This document shows positions 1 to 6,441 of a stretch of 20,000 nucleotides of DNA, piece by piece (the first letter of the stretch is position 1; each line of letters starts with the position of its first letter). The stretch lies in the IMG/VR virus record IMGVR_UViG_3300034374_008829; one strand, 5' to 3'. The position numbers and the translations under genes were made by a program. The stretch comes from an uncultured virus (IMG/VR IMGVR_UViG_3300034374_008829). Taxonomy: Duplodnaviria > Heunggongvirae > Uroviricota > Caudoviricetes. The notes under the pieces are model-generated. The model did not search any database, was not told the DNA's origin, and worked only from the letters and a program-made list of their open reading frames with translations.

Positions 1-86
1 AGGGGGCCAGCAGCAAGCTCGGTCACAACTGCCAGTTCAGCAGGAGTGGTGGCGTGCTTCTGGGCTTCCAGAAGAGTAAGTGCCAT
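1..86 (-). CDS. Major capsid protein, N-terminus only (runs off the window)
   Basis: Manual translation from ATG at 86 gives MALTLLEAQKHATTPAELAVVTELAAGP, with an AGGA SD-like sequence upstream. It lies directly downstream of a scaffold-like gene, and MALTLLEA-type N-termini are typical of a siphovirus capsid family (recall). Confidence 0.75.
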   Translation of the reverse strand, partial: MALTLLEAQKHATTPAELAVVTELAAGP

Positions 87-124
87 GATGTTTTCCTAAG
101 AGAAAGAAACAGGAATGGGTGATT

Positions 125-205
125 AGTCCATGCTGAGCATCCCGCTCACACAAACTTGACACCCCTTCCAGTACCTTCCATCTCGGAAAACACCTTTGGG
201 GTATC
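125..205 (-). ncRNA. Structured 5' leader of the capsid gene: two long hairpins with C-GRGAU-G loops
   Basis: Minus RNA hairpin 158-205: GAUACCCC/GGGGUGUC plus GGUGUUUUCC/GGAAGGUACU, loop GAGAU. Hairpin 125-156: AGUUUGUG/CAUGGACU plus UGAGC/GCUCA, loop GGGAU. The many G-U pairs work only on the minus strand. Confidence 0.7.
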
Positions 206-212
206 GCTAATA

Positions 213-222
213 GTAGAGTACC
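213..222 (-). promoter_or_regulatory. Putative late promoter motif GGTACTCTAC (capsid)
   Basis: Matches the recurring GGNAWNCTA motif with one deviation; sits between the terminator and the structured leader. Confidence 0.55.
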
Positions 223-242
223 AAGACATTAGTTATACCAAT

Positions 243-262
243 AAAAAAGCCCCTTTCGGGGC
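243..262 (-). terminator. Rho-independent terminator after the scaffold gene
   Basis: GCCCC-GAAA-GGGGC followed by T6 on the minus strand; an identical copy lies at 12257-12276. Confidence 0.85.
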
Positions 263-270
263 AGTTTTAT

Positions 271-987
271 TTAACTAAATGCTCTCTTGAACAATTCAGT
301 GGTGTTCAGAGAACGGAGATCCTCGACTGGAATACCGTTCGCATCAGTACCACCCATGCCAATCCCAGCTCCAGCCCCCTTGGCCCCTTTGAAGAAAGTG
401 CCATAGATTGGATGAACCTTATACGATGAAATAAAGTCATCCGGGCTAATTCGTTTGCCCGATTCTTTGTCGAGTACAGGGTCACCGGCAGAATCAACAA
501 CTGTCAAACTACCATCCGCCTCTTGGCGGAAGCTAGCGCCAATCTGATTCGCCAGCATGTCAAAAAATGAAACGCCATCAGCTGCGTCAGTACGACCGCC
601 AGCGGCATAAAACACTTTTTCCAGAGCATACCGTTTCTGGTACTCCGCAAGTGCTTCTCGTGCTGCCGCAGCCTCCTTAGCCGCCTCAGACGCTTGCTGT
701 GAATACTTCGCTTCAATTGCATCACGAGCCTCCGAATAGCGAGCTTCGCGCTGTTTGGCTTCGGCTAGTTCTGCTTGAGCAGCCGTCCATTCGTCAGGAT
801 TAACACCCTCGAATCGCTTCAGTAGCTCGCGTTGCTCTTTAAGTTCGCGCTCAAACTGCTTCCGAGTTTCCCGTTCAGCTTTTAGTGCTTTTACAAGATT
901 TTCGGTTTCAGCACGAGGAATCATATCCTCATTGCCACCAGAAGAAGCTGGGGCTTCCATCTCGGGAGCCTTATTTTCTTCAGACAT
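271..987 (-). CDS. Capsid scaffolding protein
   Basis: 238 aa with an acidic N-terminus, a long coiled coil (LVKALKAERETRKQFERELKEQ), and a C-terminal PxxF..GxGAG Gly-rich tail; immediately upstream of the capsid gene. Confidence 0.8.
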   Translation of the reverse strand: MSEENKAPEMEAPASSGGNEDMIPRAETENLVKALKAERETRKQFERELKEQRELLKRFEGVNPDEWTAAQAELAEAKQREARYSEARDAIEAKYSQQASEAAKEAAAAREALAEYQKRYALEKVFYAAGGRTDAADGVSFFDMLANQIGASFRQEADGSLTVVDSAGDPVLDKESGKRISPDDFISSYKVHPIYGTFFKGAKGAGAGIGMGGTDANGIPVEDLRSLNTTELFKRAFS

Positions 988-993
988 AGACAG

Positions 994-1008
994 CGGGTAT
1001 CACACCCG
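994..1008 (-). promoter_or_regulatory. Leader hairpin with GUGAU pentaloop, 6 nt before the scaffold ATG
   Basis: Minus RNA CGGGU-GUGAU-ACCCG; same loop class as the capsid leader hairpins. Confidence 0.6.
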
Positions 1009-1021
1009 TAAAAAGATCGCA

Positions 1022-1031
1022 GTAGTATGCC
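1022..1031 (-). promoter_or_regulatory. Putative late promoter motif GGCATACTAC (scaffold)
   Basis: Consensus match 34 nt upstream of ATG 987. Confidence 0.65.
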
Positions 1032-1033
1032 GA

Positions 1034-1672
1034 TCAAGGGTATTGACTACACTGCCCAGGTCCAAGATATCTGAGGCTGACTGTTACCGTGGCAGTTAGA
1101 GGACCACTGCATCTTGCGGCGCAGCCACCTAAATCGGTTGACTCCAAAGCAACAGGATCGCTGGGCAAATCTCCATAAGTCTCAAAGATACCAAAAAAAG
1201 CTGCAGTTTGGACTTGGTAGTTTGTGTTATCAACTCCAGGCGGCCATGGTTGTTGACAAGTCGGGGAATTAACCAATGAGACCGTTGCAGATCTTCCGCC
1301 GTCATACCAGTTAGCCAAGCCACCCGGCGGGGTGCTGCCGGATTCTACACATGGATCTCTGTAGTAATTAGTTGGACATATGCTAGCACCATAACCTCTA
1401 AAAAATTTGTAGTAAATGATACTTCCGTTTTGGTCAACACTGCTCGGCGGTTTATACCATTTGGTTACAAGTGTTCCACTGTCAAGCCTGCAATCTCTTA
1501 CCCTAGTTATCTCCCAACATCCCGAGTCTTCGCAATCGCATGCTACAGCATTAAAGATAGCGCCAGCGTCACATGGGTTAGCTGCATCATAGGCAAGGCC
1601 ATCATTCACGCCACCAACGCAGCGACTCTTCTGATTGCACTTCGTCATATCTGCTGGATTAGGTGCTGACAT
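1034..1672 (-). CDS. Cys-rich putative virion/tail-fibre-associated protein (212 aa, 13 Cys)
   Basis: Start reassigned to ATG 1672 (MSAPNPADMTKC), 1 nt after the upstream stop. The longer ORF-track start overlaps the upstream gene. Confidence 0.7.
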   Translation of the reverse strand: MSAPNPADMTKCNQKSRCVGGVNDGLAYDAANPCDAGAIFNAVACDCEDSGCWEITRVRDCRLDSGTLVTKWYKPPSSVDQNGSIIYYKFFRGYGASICPTNYYRDPCVESGSTPPGGLANWYDGGRSATVSLVNSPTCQQPWPPGVDNTNYQVQTAAFFGIFETYGDLPSDPVALESTDLGGCAARCSGPLTATVTVSLRYLGPGQCSQYP

Positions 1673-1673
1673 C

Positions 1674-2054
1674 TCAACGACTCCACTTCTGTTTAGGGCA
1701 AAGTTGATCGGGATCTCCACCGATCCATGTCTTGGCTTCCATGAAACAACCACATTCCGAGCAACGCTTGCTGTCCTCAATGAAGAACTGGCAGCTTTTG
1801 CATGTCTCGTAACGCTCGTTGCGAATTTCCTCCGAGATCTTGCCATGGACAATCACTTGTCCCACGTTTCTTGCGAGCCCTTTAGCCATCTGACCTAGCC
1901 CAGCATTAACTTTGGTCTCATGCCTTCCTGCTGGCTTAGACTTATGAATCGCGTGGGTTGCGATTATTAGTTCGTCATGGCGATCCCTGGGCCACGCTGA
2001 GACAGGACCCATTGGTCGAATCCCGTCACAACTTAGCTCCTCGAGAATGTCCAT
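1674..2054 (-). CDS. DUF6171-like Cys-motif protein
   Basis: C-terminal pattern R-x3-CKSC-x9-CSECGCF-x3-K...CPKQKW resembles DUF6171 (recall). Confidence 0.7.
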   Translation of the reverse strand: MDILEELSCDGIRPMGPVSAWPRDRHDELIIATHAIHKSKPAGRHETKVNAGLGQMAKGLARNVGQVIVHGKISEEIRNERYETCKSCQFFIEDSKRCSECGCFMEAKTWIGGDPDQLCPKQKWSR

Positions 2055-2073
2055 GCCTAATCAAAAATCTGGG

Positions 2074-2083
2074 CTAGTATGCC
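2074..2083 (-). promoter_or_regulatory. Putative late promoter motif GGCATACTAG
   Basis: 19 nt upstream of ATG 2054. Confidence 0.7.
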
Positions 2084-2085
2084 CA

Positions 2086-2886
2086 TCAGCTATCAGGGAA
2101 TGGATCCGTGGGAGGTGTGAAGTCGGCAGTGTATCGCGCCACGCCTTTTGTGACCCGCACGTCATCCATGTAGAACTGGTTACTAGTGGTCTGGCGATTG
2201 CCGAAACCAAGCCAGTTAGACATGTTGAGAGAATCGGCCCATGCTGCAGTGCTCGTACTCTTGACGCCATCTAGGAACAGGCGAATCTCTGTTTCTCCAA
2301 TTCGTACCATTGCGACGTGAACCCATTGCCCCGTCGGTACAGCGTCCTGGTGGTTAAACGCCCCTGTGCTGCTGAAGTTGCGTGTTGCACGGATCGCTGC
2401 AACGCCGGAACCAGAACTCGTAGATACCAAGTTGATACAGAAGTCTGTTGCTCCGACCATCTCGAAAATCGCATAGGTAGAACCATTACTGCTGCTGCCG
2501 TAGAAGCTGTCCACATACAACCAGAACTCCACCGTGAACTCTTCTCGCAATCCAATGTCAAGCTCGTCGCCGCTTGCACTCGGGTAGCTAACAAAGGCGT
2601 TAGAACCAGTGTTGAAGTTGAAGCTGGCGGTGCCGAACTTCTTGACGGATGTAGTTAGAGCGGCGCTACCGCTGTAGCTCATCGTCAGGTTCTGACTGCT
2701 GGAGTCTGTAAAGGTAGTGCTGCCGTTAGTGCCGTCTCCGTGCATTAGAAGTGTGACATTGGCAAAGTCAGGATCAGTGGCGGCCCCACCCGCTTCCCAG
2801 GCCAAGTTGGATCCTACGTAAATCTTGGATACATCGTTAGAGCCAACTTTGACTCCACTAAACTCAGAGCTTCCAAAGTATCCCAT
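2086..2886 (-). CDS. LamG/concanavalin A-like lectin-domain tail fibre or receptor-binding protein
   Basis: Motifs DPDFANVTLLMHGDGTNGSTTFTDSS, FTVEFW, WVHVAMVR, YMDDVRVTKGVARYTADFTPPT; N-terminal KIYVGSNLAW attachment motif; TAATG coupling to the upstream gene. Confidence 0.85.
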   Translation of the reverse strand: MGYFGSSEFSGVKVGSNDVSKIYVGSNLAWEAGGAATDPDFANVTLLMHGDGTNGSTTFTDSSSQNLTMSYSGSAALTTSVKKFGTASFNFNTGSNAFVSYPSASGDELDIGLREEFTVEFWLYVDSFYGSSSNGSTYAIFEMVGATDFCINLVSTSSGSGVAAIRATRNFSSTGAFNHQDAVPTGQWVHVAMVRIGETEIRLFLDGVKSTSTAAWADSLNMSNWLGFGNRQTTSNQFYMDDVRVTKGVARYTADFTPPTDPFPDS

Positions 2887-3284
2887 TATACAATGAAGTA
2901 AACAGTGCCGGCGTCAGGAGTGCCTAGTGCGTCGTAATTTGCTTGAGAGATGGTTACGATATTTAAGACTTGACTGGAGCCAGTGCCACCAGTAGTGGTA
3001 TCAGATGTAACGACGTCTCCAGGCTCCCATTCGCTGTTAGAGTTATTCCAAACTAGCGCCTGATTGTCAGTTGGTGCGGCAGTAGTTGTATCTACATCGG
3101 AAAGTTCACCAATAGAAGTTGCACCGCCCGTTGCAACCAGGGAACCGCCCTCAATCACGTATAGCTTATCTTCATCTTTGGCGTATACAACCTCGCCTTC
3201 CAGTAAATCTGATACGTTTGCGGTCAACGTACTCTTCAGCCCACGAGCGACTCTTACAGGTACGCGGTTAGAAGGTACTGCCAC
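2886..3284 (-). CDS. Short tail-fibre adaptor (Mtd_N-like N-terminus)
   Basis: LLEGEVVYAKDEDKLYV, LSDVD..NQALVWN..EWEP, and C-terminal ISQANYDALGTPDAGTVYFIV are all common phage fibre modules. Confidence 0.75.
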   Translation of the reverse strand: MAVPSNRVPVRVARGLKSTLTANVSDLLEGEVVYAKDEDKLYVIEGGSLVATGGATSIGELSDVDTTTAAPTDNQALVWNNSNSEWEPGDVVTSDTTTGGTGSSQVLNIVTISQANYDALGTPDAGTVYFIV

Positions 3285-3302
3285 GGGGCAAAAACAACTA
3301 GG

Positions 3303-3312
3303 CTAGTTTTCC
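3303..3312 (-). promoter_or_regulatory. Putative late promoter motif GGAAAACTAG
   Basis: 18 nt upstream of GTG 3284; overlaps the upstream stop. Confidence 0.7.
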
Positions 3313-3668
3313 TAGGTAATATCGCCTCCATCGGCGATTCCAATTACTACAAGTTCAACCGGCTTGTCCTCTGCTGTTGTATCTATGTCGCCGCCGCCAT
3401 AAATAGCAAAAACAAAAGCGCTGTCTACAGTAAAGGTATCAATGTCGCCGCCATCTCCGCGTCCTAAAGTGCCACCCCCGCCGCCAGAGATTGTTACAAT
3501 GTCGCCAACTGAGTCGACGGTATAAAGCTTGGCAGATCCAGCCTCTCGGCCAATAACTATTTCACCTTGCTGGATTTCGTCTGTGCCACCACTCTCGATA
3601 GCAGCTTCGATAGTAGCTCTAACGTCTGTGGAGTTCTTTAAGATAATCCTATCAGGAAAAACCGCCAC
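3312..3668 (-). CDS. Short tail-fibre-like protein with three (D/G)GGDI repeats
   Basis: QQGEIVIGREAGSAKLYT is Mtd_N-like; repeats DGGDIDT, GGGDIDT and DGGDIT. Confidence 0.7.
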   Translation of the reverse strand: MAVFPDRIILKNSTDVRATIEAAIESGGTDEIQQGEIVIGREAGSAKLYTVDSVGDIVTISGGGGGTLGRGDGGDIDTFTVDSAFVFAIYGGGDIDTTAEDKPVELVVIGIADGGDIT

Positions 3669-3686
3669 GGCGACACGGGAGCTGAG

Positions 3687-3696
3687 CTAGGTTGCC
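3687..3696 (-). promoter_or_regulatory. Putative late promoter motif GGCAACCTAG
   Basis: 18 nt upstream of GTG 3668. Confidence 0.7.
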
Positions 3697-3714
3697 TAGA
3701 TTGTGCTTGTTGCC

Positions 3715-4848
3715 TTAGCAGGAAGGATCTGCGTAGCATTTGCCATCAGTGCCACACAATTGACAGTTGGGACAGTCGTTATGGCAATTGCAATCAGCTG
3801 CAAAACATTTTTCTGGAACATCGCTGACATCGCATTCGTCATATAGCAAACATCCTTGACCACCTGCTTCAATGCAACCAGTTGCCGTGTTGCGCTTACC
3901 CGGCTGGTTCGCAGGGACACTCGGACATGTTCCAGACTGACATAGCGTTTTACTGACGCACACACCCTCGCAGGGGTCCACCTCTTTAGGACCGCAAGCT
4001 TCAGCGCAATCTTGAGCAATCGAATCTTGGCACTTATTTACGATAGTCAGTCCATCAGTACCGATTGGCTGGCAGCACGTCTTAGAGATTTCGACGCCAC
4101 ATGAACACGGTTGATTGTAAATTGTAACGCACTCTTGGCAGTTGCTGTTATCTTCTACGATGCTGCCATTCTCGTCACATCTGTGACACTCAGGAATCGG
4201 ATCGTTCCCGCAATGGCATGGGCCACCGCTTGCTAGCGGTCTGCACACACCGCTAACACTGACGAAAGTCTCGTCACAGTAGCTGCACTCATCACAAGCC
4301 AAGCCGCTACACCCTTCAGCCTCCTCTCCGGTAGAGGAAGAATAGGCAGTGCAGAAAACGCTGCATCCTGTTTGCTCCGGTTCACCGCAATAGCAGTTCA
4401 CCGTGCCAAGTGCATCATATCGACATGTTCTAACGCCCGTTGGGCAGTCGCTATCCATGCCACCGCCGCACTCAGCCAAGGAGCAGCCTGTCACAGTGCA
4501 TCCGTCTGCCGAGTATGTAGGAACCCACTGAAAGGATTTAGTGCCTACACCATTGGCGAATATAAATCCCCTATTGGAAGCATCTTGAGCGGTCATCCCC
4601 TGCGAGATTGTCAGGGCATTACACCCACCACCGCCTGTTCCTTCACCGCATGTGCCACCAGTAGAACTTTGTTGCGAGCTTTTTTGCACGCACCTGCCAC
4701 CAGCGCAAGAAAAACCAGACGCACAATCCGCAGAACTACGGCAGGCACTGCCGCCAAAAACCGTATTAAAATTACCAGTATTCAGGAAGTCATTAGCCGC
4801 CTGCTGAGGAGTCGTGCGACCTGTAAAGTCCCAGTTACCCCAACTCAT
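3715..4848 (-). CDS. Extremely Cys-rich putative tail/virion protein (48 Cys in 377 aa)
   Basis: Cys counted by hand; C-x5-C-x5-C-x4-C and CxxCxxC modules; no signal peptide; lies in the tail fibre cluster. Confidence 0.8.
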   Translation of the reverse strand: MSWGNWDFTGRTTPQQAANDFLNTGNFNTVFGGSACRSSADCASGFSCAGGRCVQKSSQQSSTGGTCGEGTGGGGCNALTISQGMTAQDASNRGFIFANGVGTKSFQWVPTYSADGCTVTGCSLAECGGGMDSDCPTGVRTCRYDALGTVNCYCGEPEQTGCSVFCTAYSSSTGEEAEGCSGLACDECSYCDETFVSVSGVCRPLASGGPCHCGNDPIPECHRCDENGSIVEDNSNCQECVTIYNQPCSCGVEISKTCCQPIGTDGLTIVNKCQDSIAQDCAEACGPKEVDPCEGVCVSKTLCQSGTCPSVPANQPGKRNTATGCIEAGGQGCLLYDECDVSDVPEKCFAADCNCHNDCPNCQLCGTDGKCYADPSC

Positions 4849-4866
4849 CCTGACAAGTCAGCTGGA

Positions 4867-4876
4867 TTAGAATGCC
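4867..4876 (-). promoter_or_regulatory. Putative late promoter motif GGCATTCTAA
   Basis: 18 nt upstream of ATG 4848; contains the upstream stop codon. Confidence 0.65.
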
Positions 4877-5205
4877 AAGGGGTTATAAAAGCTTGCGTTG
4901 GGATCGTATGGCTTACCTGTACGAGGATCCAAGAAAAAGGTTACACTGACTCGCTTCCATGTGGTTGAGTTGATTGCCACAAAAAGCCTGACGTAATTCG
5001 GTAAGGCTGGGTCGGAATATGCCACTACTTGTCCCGCACAATCAGGCAGAGTGCTGACGCTAGTGCCCCCGGTCTGAATGAATGAGGAGTTAGTAATTGG
5101 GTCAACTGGCCAGATTGAAATACATACAGGGGGCGGAGTCTCTCTCCCGCTTTCGCCGTCCCGCTTCGCGGACTTGACTACGAGTCGAGGATTCTCGATA
5201 CTCAT
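4867..5205 (-). CDS. Small tail-tip/fibre-associated protein
   Basis: 112 aa; GQVVAYSD..VRLFVAINSTTWKRV module; ATGA overlap with the upstream gene. Confidence 0.7.
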   Translation of the reverse strand: MSIENPRLVVKSAKRDGESGRETPPPVCISIWPVDPITNSSFIQTGGTSVSTLPDCAGQVVAYSDPALPNYVRLFVAINSTTWKRVSVTFFLDPRTGKPYDPNASFYNPLAF

Positions 5206-5417
5206 TGGACGACCTTAAGGAATCGGTTACCTGCTCGATTCACAACGTACAGCTCGAAACGCTCAGTTGAGCCGTTGTACCAAGCAACCAATTGTCCAGG
5301 GGACCTAAGCGGAGAAAATACCTCACCTGCCACTGGCTGAGTCGTAAGTATTTCTAACGCAAAAACAGGATTGTCTTGAACGTTTTGACTAGCAATAGCA
5401 GAAGGATTGATTGCCAT
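5202..5417 (-). CDS. Small tail-associated protein (71 aa), probable paralogue of the downstream gene
   Basis: Start reassigned to ATG 5417 (MAINPSAIAS), 1 nt after the upstream stop; GQLVAWYN..FELYVV..RFLKV module. Confidence 0.7.
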   Translation of the reverse strand: MAINPSAIASQNVQDNPVFALEILTTQPVAGEVFSPLRSPGQLVAWYNGSTERFELYVVNRAGNRFLKVVQ

Positions 5418-5418
5418 G

Positions 5419-5682
5419 TTACCACTTGCTGTAATACACGCCTTTTGCGAATGACATTTCGACCGCAGTACCCGCTGAGAGGGAAGTAAACCCAATAGGC
5501 TTGGTTACATATTGCTTAGAATTGTATTCAACAATTCCAGCACCATTCGAGTCAAGCTTAACCCAACGGCCAGTAACACTGCCGTCAAAATCGCCTTGGA
5601 TTTGCTGTTTCAGATCAAGTCGCTCGAGGTCAACCAATCGTTGAGCCTCGGCAATATTTAGAATGTCATCCAAAAGCGCCAT
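5419..5682 (-). CDS. Small tail-tip protein, hypothetical
   Basis: 87 aa with a beta-rich C-terminus; TGATG coupling. Confidence 0.7.
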   Translation of the reverse strand: MALLDDILNIAEAQRLVDLERLDLKQQIQGDFDGSVTGRWVKLDSNGAGIVEYNSKQYVTKPIGFTSLSAGTAVEMSFAKGVYYSKW

Positions 5683-6410
5683 CAGACTGTGTAGTAGCCA
5701 AATTGCTTGAGGTTCCAGTAGAAGACCGTCTCATTGCCTCCGCTGAGGCTGACGGCACTTGGGGTCTGCGCAACCGACAAAAGCTGCTGAGAGCTGCTGT
5801 AGACGGTGTCAGCGCTCGTTGTAATGCCACCAGCAGAGGCAGCTACTGCACCAGCTGCAACCAAAGCCGCTTCCTGAATCTGAACCGAATCAGAGGCTGC
5901 ATAACCGTATCCAGCTTGCTTGATTGTCAGGGAATAGTCCAAGGCAGCAGCGCCGGAATTTGTAATCGTTAGATCAACAGTTAGGCCTGTACCAGAACCT
6001 CCAGTGATAGTCGGAAGATCAGTATAAGTACCATTGACACCAGCTGAAGGGTATGCAGTGTTTGTCCCAATGCCAGTAACGTTTCCATTGCCCTCTACAA
6101 GGGCTACGTGAGAAAAGGAAATTGCCGTAGAGCCGCCGTCATGCGTAAAGATTGTCGTTTTAGTCGACAGAGCCACGCCATCATCGCTGTAGGCGCTTAC
6201 ATCACCACCAGCGTAGGCAATAACTTGACGAACATAGCCACCAGTGCCAGCAGTAACCTCATTACCCAGGAACGTGGCGTCAACAGTCGTGCCAGGAATA
6301 TAGCTTGTGCCAGGCGCATTAATCAGCCACGCTTCGTAATACTTACCTACGAAACGATTGGTGACCTGTGCCGTTAGCTCGGCGGGCGAGATCTTAGCGG
6401 CAATCGCCAT
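5682..6410 (-). CDS. Tail/baseplate structural protein
   Basis: 242 aa, Gly/Thr/Ser-rich; EVTAGTGGYVRQ motif and a GSGTGLTVDLT..GYGY insertion typical of phage structural proteins. Confidence 0.75.
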   Translation of the reverse strand: MAIAAKISPAELTAQVTNRFVGKYYEAWLINAPGTSYIPGTTVDATFLGNEVTAGTGGYVRQVIAYAGGDVSAYSDDGVALSTKTTIFTHDGGSTAISFSHVALVEGNGNVTGIGTNTAYPSAGVNGTYTDLPTITGGSGTGLTVDLTITNSGAAALDYSLTIKQAGYGYAASDSVQIQEAALVAAGAVAASAGGITTSADTVYSSSQQLLSVAQTPSAVSLSGGNETVFYWNLKQFGYYTV

Positions 6411-6431
6411 GGCACGACATTAGAATCGTCC

Positions 6432-6441
6432 GTAGGATTCC
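6432..6441 (-). promoter_or_regulatory. Putative late promoter motif GGAATCCTAC
   Basis: 21 nt upstream of ATG 6410. Confidence 0.65.

Noticed and set aside
88..97. AGGAAAACAT next to the capsid ATG as another late promoter motif
   Set aside because: Too close to the start codon; better explained as the ribosome-binding site.
1673..1852. 60-aa N-terminal extension of the 1034..1852 ORF
   Set aside because: Overlaps the conserved Cys motif of the DUF6171-like gene; ATG 1672 is the coupled start.
1034..4848. Diversity-generating retroelement target or invertible fibre cassette
   Set aside because: No template/variable repeat pair, reverse transcriptase, invertase or flanking inverted repeats seen in the window.
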